A stretch of DNA of 64,000 nt from Eledone cirrhosa (lineage: Eukaryota). The stretch spans positions 12,462,001-12,526,000 of the forward strand of contig OZ024760.1 in assembly GCA_964016885.1 (NCBI GenBank), written 5' to 3'. The position numbers and the translations under genes are program-made. This document shows, piece after piece, positions 53,113 to 64,000 of the stretch; position 1 is the first letter of the stretch; the number at the start of each line of letters is the position of its first letter. Under the pieces are notes generated by a model that was not told the origin of the DNA, did no database searches, and saw only the letters and a list, made by a program, of their open reading frames with translations.

Positions 53113-53327
53113 CGTACGTCTACTTTTCCTTGCTTGCAAGATGTATATGTATATATATATATATTTATTAAAATATGTTGTATAAAATCAGAATTAACTA
53201 ATCTTTCTGTATTTTCTTTTGCCCATTGTTATTTTAATAAATATTTGCTCTACGGTTCTTATATATTTGATATATATTTATCCTTATCGAGCCCTCTTTG
53301 GATTTTAGTCTTCAAATTTATTATTAT

Positions 53328-53369
<42 letters not shown>

Positions 53370-53416
53370 CGATTCTTTGCTTAAACTTTAATCTGTTATT
53401 TTAATAAATAAATAAA

Positions 53417-53457
<41 letters not shown>

Positions 53458-53838
53458 GTATATATATATGTATATATATATATATATATATAGTTCCGCA
53501 ACAAATTAGCAAACCTTACTAGACAGCGCACGTCTCACCTGGTGGATTTTCAACCCATTATGATAATGATGGCAATGATGATATTGATGATGATGATGGT
53601 TATGATGATGATTGTGATATTGATGGTAATGATGGTTTTAATTCTGATGATGCTGATGATGATGATATTGATGATGATGATGGTTATGATATTGATGATG
53701 ATGATGATATTGATGGTAATGATGGTTTTGATTCTGATGATGACGATGATGATGACGATGATGATGATTGTGGTGATATTGACGATAATGAAAACCGGAT
53801 CCACAAATATTATTAACTGGGAATTTTGATGCATTACT

Positions 53839-53852
53839 GTTACCATGGTAAC
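53839..53852. promoter_or_regulatory. Perfect palindromic RFX X-box GTTACCATGGTAAC
   Basis: Exact 14-bp palindrome matching the consensus. Confidence 0.45.
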
Positions 53853-54624
53853 CATCCTTGGCTGATATATTGAACTGGTTTCAACCCACATAATCAATAC
53901 TGACTTTTAAATATAGATCATCTCCAAATGGACTCCCCCACATTGAGTACTCCAAACAATGAACTCTCCCACATTGAGTACTCCAAGCAATGAACTCTCC
54001 CACATTGAATAGTCTAAACAGTGGGCTCTCCCACATTTAACAGACCAAACAATGAACTCTCCCACATACAGCTCTCCAAACAATGGACTCTCCCACATAT
54101 AGCTCTCCAAACAACGGGTTCTCCCACATTTAAGAAAACAAATAATGGATTGTCCCCGTGTTTATGACCCGCAACTTAGCTGTTTGACAAAAACGTGAGC
54201 CAAATACTTCAACATTTAAGCTACGTGCCACAAACGTATCAGAAAGAGTTATTTCCCTTGAAAGGTTATCTCCCCTGTATTTCAAGGGTTATATTCCTTG
54301 AAATTTACTGTAAATATACGTTGTCCATCCTAACCAAACTCCGATCGAAACAGACTTGTGTTTAAGATGTTGAGAGAGAGAGAGAGAGAAGGCGGATCTG
54401 GTATGTTCAGTCCTTTAATGTTAATAAAACAAGGGTAAGCTCCAGATAGATTTTAAAACTTTGTAACCTTTATATATATAACCCACCAGAGTACTCGATA
54501 CTTAGCTGTCGAAACGACTGGAGCTCAGCCGTCGGGGCCTTGAATTTTTTCATATTACCCACTCTACTACCCCAAGTATCGAGTACTCTGGTGGGGTATG
54601 GTCTAGCTGGTTTTTACCACACTA

Positions 54625-54665
<41 letters not shown>

Positions 54666-54864
54666 TACACCCACACACGTATACATATATATATATATAC
54701 ACACACACACATACACCCACACACGTATACATATATACACACACACACATACACCCACACACGTATACATATATATATATACACACACACACACCCACAC
54801 ACGTATACACACACACACACACAGGTATATATAAACACATGTATACACACATGTATACATATAT

Positions 54865-55400
54865 ATGGTCACATATGTCAGGTCACTAGTTGGTGCTACT
54901 GGTAACATGTATCCCAGTACAACCTGTCTCATGGTCGGGTCGTTGGCGACTAAACTGGCAACCCCACTAAGGTTTCTTGGTGAGGAGGGTGACTTTGGAC
55001 ATCCTGCAGGACTAAAAACAAAACCTGTCAAAGGGCAAAGGAGCTCTTAAGAGTCAATGGCCATCCAAAATCACCGGGAGAGATGACCCCTTAGCCTTAG
55101 TCAAGGCAGAATTCTAGGAGAAGGAAAACTCTGATATAAAACCTGCAACCCTGATGGTATCCAATGATGTTGACTTGTTATTCTTTTTGGTAAATATCAT
55201 CTTGGTTAAGAGAATGGGACTGGCTTTGTGCAGAGCCTTTGCTCACTATAAAAGCTTCACAGCACAGGCATTGCTTTATATCTGGAGATCTCTCTGCACT
55301 TGTCGTCACATGGTACCATGGGCTCAGCACTATGTGTCAATAATTGTCACAGGTGTAGTGTTTGTACCAGAGTTTTCAGGTCGCTGGCTGGACTAAAAAG
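54865..55400 (+). mobile_element. Probable LINE (RTE) 5' UTR-derived repeat
   Basis: ctaggagaaggaaaactctga motif resembling RTE 5' UTRs; inserted between microsatellites. Confidence 0.35.
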
Positions 55401-55633
55401 TCACACTCGTTCAGCGCATCGGTGGGGGTTCTCCTACATGGATATAAAGTAGTGGCCGTATTCGAAAACGAGTTGGCAACCACCACTTGTTTGGTGCATC
55501 GGTAGGGGTTCTCCTACAAGGATATAAAGTAGTGGCCATACTCGAAAACGTGTTGGCAGCCACCATACATATATATACACGTATATACACACATGTATAC
55601 ATATATATACACACGCATATGCGTGTGTGTATA

Positions 55634-55685
<52 letters not shown>

Positions 55686-55964
55686 CACACACACACACAT
55701 AATAGACTGACAAGTAAAATGAAAAAAATTATGGCATTTTATGTCTTACATGTTTCGACAAGAAAAAGCTGACATATATAAAGTGTCTCGTTCAAGGAAA
55801 CAACATGACTGGGAATCAAACTCCTGACTTAAAAGTTCTGATCAAACACACTAACCACTAAGCCACCTGCAACCTTCACAGAGTAAGCTACATGTATATA
55901 TATATGTGTGTATATATATATATGTGTGTATATATATATATATGTGTATATAGATATATATATA

Positions 55965-56305
55965 TGGAGGCACATGGCTTAGTGGTTAGAGCATTGGCCT
56001 TGCAATCGAAAGGTTGTGAGTTCAATTCTCAGACCTGGTGCTGTGTTGTTTCCTTGAGCAAGACACTTTATTTCACATTGCTCCAGTTTACTCAGCTGTA
56101 GAAATGAGATGATAAGGACTGGGGTCCCTATCATTCCACTGCAAAGTGGCCGTGGAGGTGCCACGGCAAAAAAGCACCCAGCACTCACTGTAAATGAGGT
56201 TGGTGTTAGGAAGGGCATCCAGCTGTAGAAATCGAGCCAGAATCAGTTCCCGTCCCACCCTTGCAAGCAGGGAAAAGCGGACGTAAAATGATGATGATGA
56301 TGATG
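55965..56305 (+). mobile_element. tRNA/CORE-type SINE family 2 with RTE-like 3' end; other copies ~1775-2050, 2155-2435(-), 5020-5130, 6390-6555(-), 30300-30580(-), 44240-44395(-), 57135-57445
   Basis: TGGCTTAGTGG A-box, GAGTTCAATTC B-box, ccttgagcaagacactttatttcac core, 3' end shared with the RTE at 17985-18290. Confidence 0.8.
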
Positions 56306-56822
56306 TGTATATATATATATAGAGAGAGACAATGTCTTGCCTAAAGACACAACACGTTACTTAGAATTGAACTCCTGACCTTACAGTTCTGAGCTGAACA
56401 CACTAACCCGTAAGCCACATAAACCTCCACAGAGTAAGCTACATGTACGTTATATATGACATAATGTCATGTGACAGCTCACTGTTATATTGGCAGTATG
56501 GAATAACCAGAGGGAAGAGGTAGCTATTAAATCTATTTATAGTCAAGTGTTCAGTCTCAAGGTTTCAACAACAGCAGCAGCAGCTCCACTTGATATGAGA
56601 AAATAATTATCTTTTAATCATCAGGTTTTATTTAATTATCAATCTTATTAATTTAATTAGCAGTTAAGATTGAAGCAGTGTCATACTAACTTGTCGGCAT
56701 TAAAAAACACACCAAAAAAACACAACAAAAATTTTTTAAAAACCCAAGTGGTAGGCTAGGCTAAAATCAATTTAGTTTGGACTATATTTACCCTTAAAAC
56801 TCTGCTAGTCTGCTGTCTGTTC

Positions 56823-57047
56823 TAACCCTTCAGCATTTACATTACTCTATATATAATTATATTTTCATGGTAAAGGCTTTATCTCGCGTAATATCTCACA
56901 TAATATCACATCTATGAGATTTTGATATTATTTAATTTGAGAACAATACCTTAACATAAGTATGAGCCGACAGTTATGGCTAGTTTGAACAGAAAGTAGT
57001 GAGATAATTCTGGCCAGATGCGGTCAGTTTAAATGCTAATGGGTTAA
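56823..57047. mobile_element. piggyBac-like MITE (TAACCCTT...GGGTTAA); relatives at ~25440-25830, 30925-31105
   Basis: Terminal aaccctt/gggttaa inverted ends and shared body gagattttgat..gagaacaatacc. Confidence 0.5.
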
Positions 57048-58886
57048 GGGAAAATACATCTACATAGATCATACTGATACACATACATAAGCACATTTGA
57101 CCAAATATACAAGACGTTACAAAGCTTAAAAGGTACATGGCTTAGTGGTTAAAGCATTGCAATTGGGAGGTTGTGAGTTCAATTCACAGGCCAGGTGATG
57201 TGTTGTGTCCTTGAGCAAGACACTATTTCATGCTGCTCCAGTTTACTCAGCTGTAGAAATGAGTTGCGACATCACTGGTATCAGCCATTGCCTTTCCTTT
57301 GGACAACAATATATACAGTGTATATATACAAGATATATAATGTTGCGATGTCACTGGTGCCTTTCCCTTGGACAACATTGGTGGCGTGGAGAGGCTGGTA
57401 GGTAGGGGGGACTGCTGGTCTTCTACAAACAACCTTGCCTGGACTTGTGTCTCCACATTTATCATAACACCAACACTACCACTTTACAGAGTGTACTGGG
57501 TGTATTTTATCATGACACCAACACTACCACTTTACAGAGTGTACGGGGTGTATTTTATCATGGCACCAACACTACCACTTTACAGAGTGTACTGGGTGTA
57601 TTTTATTTTGGCACCAACACTACCACTTTACAGAGTGTACTGGGTGTATTTTATTTTGGCACCAACACTACCACTTTACAGAGTGTACTGGGTGTATTTT
57701 ATTTTGGCACCAACACTACTATTAAGGAAATATGAAAGGAATCACCAGTATTCCATTATTACAATCACATCAAGCGTTAAAACTTCGACTCCAATGTAAT
57801 ATTGATGTTGGCTACAATCACACATATTCACATACACACACAGACACACACACACACACACACACACACAGAGACACACACACACACATACATACAAAGA
57901 CTGAGACACACAGACATACAGTCTGAGAGAATGTGTGAATAACAAGATTTATCATCTTGTCGGCCATTAACTGTTAGTCATATCAATCATATCTCAGTAT
58001 CCCATAGCTGCTACACACACACACACACATATACACATACACACACATACACATATACACACACACACATACCACACATACATCTACACATATACACACG
58101 CATACATCTACACACACACACTCATCTACACACACACTCATCTACACACACACATCTACACATATACACGCACTCATCTACACACACACACACACACATC
58201 TACACATACACACACACACATACATCTACACATATACACACACACTCATCTACACACACACATACATCTACACATATACACACACATACATCTACACATA
58301 TACACACATATACACACACACACTCATCTACACACACACATACATCTACACACACACACACATACATCTACACATATACACACACACTCATCTACACACT
58401 TCTACACACACACATACAACATACACATCTATACACACACACTATCTACACACACAGACACTATCTACACACACAGATCTATGTGCACACACACACAGAT
58501 CTACACACACACACACACACACACACACTTTCACACACTCACACAATCTCCACACATCTCCCCTCCACCATAACTCACCAATATCAAACCCAATTCAACA
58601 TCTCAGTGACATTGGCGCCTTATAAAATGGCTGCCACAGAAAACACAACAGCTCCAATCAAAATATACATCAACCTTTGACTTCAATAATTTTATATATT
58701 TATATCTATATTCCTTCTTCTGCTTGTTGTTGGTGTTGTTGTTGGTGTTGTTGTTGGTGTTGTTGTTGGTGTTGTTGTTGGTGTTGGTGTTGTTGGTATT
58801 GTTATTATTGTTGTTGTTATTATTAGAGCTGTTGTTGTTGGTGGTTGTGATGGCGATGTTGTTGTTGGTGGTGGTGGTGGTTGTGA

Positions 58887-58919
<33 letters not shown>

Positions 58920-59111
58920 TGATGGTGATGTTGTTGTTGTTGTTGGTGGTGGTGGTTGTGATGGTGATGTTGTTGTTGGTGGTGGTGGTGGTTGTGATGG
59001 TGATGTTGTTGTTGGTGGTGGTGGTGGTGGTTGTGATGGTGATGTTGTTGTTGGTGGTGGTGGTTGTGATGGTGATGTTGTTGGTGGTGGTGTTGGTGGT
59101 TGTGATGGTGA

Positions 59112-59144
<33 letters not shown>

Positions 59145-59394
59145 TGATGGTGATGTTGGTGGTGGTGGTTGTGATGGTGATGTTGTTGGTGTTGTTGTCC
59201 AACATTTCAATCTCCTGGAAACTGATACAAAACAACAACAAAAAGAAAGAATTTGTTTGTTCAAATTTCATCTCTCGTTTCTTTATACTGTTGGTTTCAT
59301 ATTCTCAAAATTGTGTGTGTGTGTGTGTGTGTTTGCATGTGCCTGTATATTTGGGGTGACATCCAGCCAACCATATATATAGTACATATTTGCT

Positions 59395-59429
<35 letters not shown>

Positions 59430-59604
59430 ACTGATCGCCGTTCAGCTATACATATATTATATAATTTAGATTTTTATTATAAATATTTGTGTATAAATGT
59501 ATGCGTGAGCACACACACACACACACACACACACATACTGCAGCTACAACTACGATTTATACCTATTAGTATATATACATTCACACACACACAATCCAAC
59601 TAGC

Positions 59605-59638
<34 letters not shown>

Positions 59639-59869
59639 GAGAGAAATAATATTATATAATATTTGTTATAGTATGTATTTGTTTTTGTTTATCCATTATC
59701 TTTTAGTTTATTATCTTTGCTTGTAATTTGATAACTAGCTTTAGTTGGTTGTTTAAACTTTTATATCTGAAATAACTTTTTGGATAAGACTAATTGATGA
59801 ATGAAGAAATATCTTGCTGAATATAGGAATATCTCAAATATGACAATATGGGATAATAATAATAATATG

Positions 59870-60245
59870 TATTAATCCCCACAGACGACAATATGTCTCT
59901 CAAGGAAATAGAGAAACTCTCCAAATATAAAGATCTAAAGATAGAAATAACTCGAATGTGGAAAATGAAAACAGAAACAATTCCTATAATAATAGGTGCT
60001 CTGGGAATGATAAAAATACATACAGACAAATATATACAACATACAGAAAATAGCCCTACTGGGTACTCTACATATTATATAGAGTACCCCAAGACTTACA
60101 TATATACAACATACAGAAAATAGCCCTACTGGGTACTCTACATATTATATAGAGTACCCCAAGACTTACATATATGCAACATACAGAAAATAGCCCTACT
60201 GGGTACTCTACATATATTACATAGAGAACCCAGGACTTACAAATG
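59870..60245 (+). mobile_element. Restriction-like endonuclease LINE (R4/Dong/NeSL-like) C-terminal remnant followed by three 70-bp repeats
   Basis: KEIEKLSKYKDLKIEITRMW..IPIIIGALGMI motif; tagccctact recurs at 60051/60121/60191. Confidence 0.65.
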
Positions 60246-60274
60246 GGCCGCTGTTTGCCCATGACTGCGCTCAA

Positions 60275-60675
60275 ATATCTAGGAATCAAACCCACAGCTT
60301 ATGAATGCTAGCACAACACTGTAACCACTAGACAATCTAGGAATCAAACCCACAGCTTATGATTGCTAACCTAACACTGTAACCACCAGACAATCTAGGA
60401 ATCAAACCCACAGCTTATGATTGCTATCCAACACACTAACCACCAGACAATCTAGGAATCAAACCCACAGCTTATGATTGCTATCCAACACACTAACCAC
60501 CAGACAATCTAGGAATCAAACCCACAGCTTATGATTGCTATCCAACACACTAACCACCAGACAATCTAGGAATCAAACCCACAGCTTATGATTGCTATCC
60601 AACACACTAACCACCAGACAATCTAGGAATCAAACCCACAGCTTATGATTGCTATCCAACACACTAACCACTAGA
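60275..60675 (+). repeat. 57-bp tandem repeat (about 7 copies) from a reversed SINE tRNA-like head
   Basis: caatctaggaatcaaacccacagcttatgattgctatccaacacactaaccaccaga. Confidence 0.85.
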
Positions 60676-60794
60676 TCACGTATGTCTTCATATTAAAAAA
60701 ACACTCAAGTCTAGTTGATATAATGAGGTGTTCTCTTTTTACAAAAAGTGAAGCCATTGGTTAATAAATGCTAGAGTCCATTGAGAGGTTTTTT

Positions 60795-60836
<42 letters not shown>

Positions 60837-61823
60837 CGCGTGTGTGTGTGTATATGTACCTCTGTATCTGCATATGTATGTATGTGTATGTGTGTTTTCT
60901 GTGTTTGGGGTTTATGTTTGTTTTTCTCATGTTTTTGCTATCAACAATACCACAGTTACACACACACACACATGCACACACACATACACACACATATAGA
61001 TACACTCAGACAGACAGTACACACACATATATACACACAGACTTCAAATATTTACTTAATCAATTGTCTTACTTCCTGTGTTTGAAATCCACTTCCGTGC
61101 AAGCTAAGTTGGTTTAACCCACCTTTTACATGTCCAAATGTATTCAGAGCTCTATTTACTTTGCTTTGGTCAGTCTCACCACTTTCAATCAATTCAGGCT
61201 TTTTATCTAATACCACGCCTTATATCCCACCCTAATTACTTTCTCACTCTCTCTCTATTTTTTCTTTTTTCCTCTCCATCTTTGTCCATGTCTGGCCTCT
61301 CTCCCTCCCCTTTTTTTCTCTCCATTCTTTTTGTGTCTATGTCCTCTCTCTCTCTCTCTCTCTCTGTATATATATATATATATCACTCTCTTCCTTTTTG
61401 TTTGTGTTCTCTCTCTCTCACTCTCTCCAATTTTTCTTTTTTTCTCTTCCTTTTTGTCTACCCCCCCCCTTCCTTTTGTCTCTGTCTATGTCACAATTTC
61501 CTCTCTTTCCAATCATCGTTGTGGTATTGCCTTTAAATAGTAAGATCAATAATTGATTTCTGGCCCAAAATAAATGTTATTGTTGTTGTTGTTGTTATTC
61601 TTGTCGTTGTTGTTGTTGTTGTTATTTGTCAATAATGTTACTGTTGCCATGGTTATTTCTGTTACTGTTGCTGGTGTCATTGTCAGAGTTGTTGTTGTTG
61701 TTGTTGTTGTCACTGTTGCTGTCATTGTTGTTGTTGTCGTCAGTATTATTGTTGTTGTTGTCATTGTTGTTGTCTAGTTATCTTTGTTGTTGCTGTTGTT
61801 GTTGTTTTCACTGTTGTCATTGT

Positions 61824-61856
<33 letters not shown>

Positions 61857-62830
61857 CATTGTTGTTGTTGTCATTGTTGCTGTTGTTGCTGTTGTCGTCA
61901 TTGTTGTTTTTGTCATTGTTGTTGTTGCTGTTGCTGTTGTTGTTGTTGTTGTTGTTGTCATTGTTGCTGTTGTTGTTTTTGTCATTGTTGCTGTTGTTGC
62001 TGTTGTTGTTGTTGTTGTTGTTTAGCCAGTGAAATCAAGACCCTGATTCTAACTCCCCCTTCACAAAATACAACCCACCTCTACAACACTGAATATGTAA
62101 AGAGATAGAAAGGCCCCTCGTCTCAATGTTTTCATATAAAAACCCCTCCTCAGAGATACACAAATATTTAGTGTGAACCTTCGTTGAAATTAAAATAATC
62201 TCCTTATTAAATAATCTCGTTATTAAATAATCTCGTTATTAAAGGTTTGGCAACAAAAACAAAACACTCTTGGGTAGAAATATATTTCCACCACCACCAT
62301 CACCACTGCCATCATCATCACCATCACCACCACCATCACCATCACCACCACCATCACCATCACCACTATCATCACCACCACCACCATCATCACCACTATC
62401 ATCACCATCACCACCACCACTATCATCACAATCACCATTCATCACTACCACCACCACCACCACCCATCACCACCATGATCATCATCATCATCATCGCCAT
62501 CATTACAATTACCATCCTCATCATCATCATCATCATCACAATACAATGGTAAAGGCTTGGCACCAAATAAGATTTTCTCAAATAATGTTTGTCCGGATAA
62601 ATTAGTTGTGTCGATCATTGTTTACTGACCGTTAATGGAAAATAAAGGACTGACTAATTAGGACTGTGGTTGCTATGTTAGAAACAGTGATAATGTTTGG
62701 TTTGGCGCTACATTTGTTCAAGTGCCAAACTTCTGTTTGTTGACTGTGACGCTCTATATTGGTAATGTCCTGGGAATCCTTTACTCTGTCTCTGTGGCTC
62801 ACTTACAAGATATTCTTATGGCTTTTGTTC

Positions 62831-63675
62831 TGGCTCAATGAGGCTGGAGTCATCCTAAGCCAGGGATCCCAAAGCATCGTCGTACGTAGAGCTGACCAGT
62901 TCCACCAGTTCCACTAACTCAATGAGGCTGGGGTCATCCAAAGCCAGGAATCCCAAAGCATTGTCGTACGTAGAGCTGACCAGTTCCACCAGTTCCTCTG
63001 GTTCAATGAGGCTGGGGTCATCCTAAGCCAGGGATCCCAAAGCATTGTCGTACGTAGAGCTGACCAGTTCCACCAGTTCCACTGGCTCAATGAGGCTGGG
63101 GTCATCCAAAGCCAGGGATCCCAAAGCATCGTCGTACGTAGAGCTGACCAGTTCCACCAGTTCCACTAGCTCAATGAGGCAGGGGTCATCCAAAGCCAGG
63201 GATCCCAAAGCATCGTCGTACGTAGAGCTGACCAGTTCCACCAGTTCCACTAGCTCAATGAGGCTGGGGTCATCCAAAGCCAGGAATCCCAAAGCATCGT
63301 CATACGTAGAGCTGACCAGTTCCACCAGTTCCTCTGGTTCAATGAGGCTGGGGTCATCCAAAGCCAGGAATCCCAAAGCATCGTCGTACGTAGAGCTGAC
63401 CAGTTCCACCAGTTCCACTAGCTCAATGAGGCTGGGGTCATCCAAAGCCAGGAATCCCAAAGCATTGTCGTACGTAGAGCTGACCAGTTCCACCAGTTCC
63501 TCTGGTTCAATGAGGCTGGGGTCATCCAAAGCCAGGAATCCCAAAGCATTGTCATACGTAGAGCTGACCAGTTCCACCAGTTCCTCTGGCTCAATGAGGC
63601 TGGGGTCACCCTAAGCCAGGGATCCCAAAGCATCGTCGTCGTACGTAGAGCTGACCAGTTCCACCAGTTCTACTA
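62831..63675 (-). repeat. 84-bp tandem repeat (about 10 copies)
   Basis: aatgaggctgg recurs every 84 nt (62837, 62921, 63005 and onward). Confidence 0.92.
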
Positions 63676-63830
63676 GCACCCTCCATCACTGGCGGTCTTG
63701 TACCAGCTCCTCTGCATCCTCCAAGGTGATGTTGAGCCTCCGGAGATCTTCACTGATGATATCCAGCCCTCTAATGTGGGAGGGCCTGCCATGAGGCTTC
63801 TTCTGCAGTCGCTGCGTTGAATGAGAGTAA
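63676..63830 (-). mobile_element. RTE-type LINE C-terminal remnant seeding the adjacent 84-bp array
   Basis: GRP..LDIISEDLRRLNITLEDAEELVQDRQ*WRVLV. Confidence 0.65.
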
Positions 63831-64000
63831 AGCGTTGATATTGTCGACCAAAAATCAATCAATTGATGAATCCAAAGAAAATATATTGGCAATAGTTTCC
63901 TTGTGTTGTCATTTTTCTTTTTTTATCACTTAGTCAGGAGTGAGTGCAGTACCCATAGCCCTTTTCAGGGCTTCCATGACAGTGAGAGGGAAAGAAGGAA

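Noticed and set aside
54890-54965. Possible HDV-like ribozyme in the putative RTE 5' UTR (ccagt/actgg, gtcg/cgac, ctaa)
   Set aside because: Could not build P1 and P1.1 of the double pseudoknot by eye
62831-63675. CRISPR-like appearance of regular repeats (also 26885-27462, 60275-60675)
   Set aside because: Head-to-tail units with no unique spacers, no cas genes, eukaryotic context

Overview
Repeat-rich animal nuclear DNA with very dense (TA)n/(CA)n/(CT)n microsatellites, tRNA-derived SINEs and RTE/CR1 LINE fragments; the overall pattern resembles an octopod cephalopod (inference). Almost all ORFs in the supplied track are microsatellite artefacts. Genes assembled by hand from GT-AG junctions and phase matching: (1) a 9-exon ZC2HC1A-like C2HC zinc-finger gene (+, 13892-28654, 376 aa); (2) a convergent TMEM205-like gene (-, 31824-41096, with an alternative start exon at 47073-47080); (3) the last three exons of an unidentified + strand gene (4183-9936) whose middle exon has two in-frame TGA codons. 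The most striking non-genic signal is about a dozen complete or near-complete type I hammerhead ribozyme (HHR) motifs plus several half-motifs. They belong to several diverged families of short fold-back elements inserted in (TA)n tracts, probably non-autonomous Penelope-like or retrozyme derivatives. These families share a downstream ACTC..GAGTRC stem-loop and are often inverted within the ribozyme itself.
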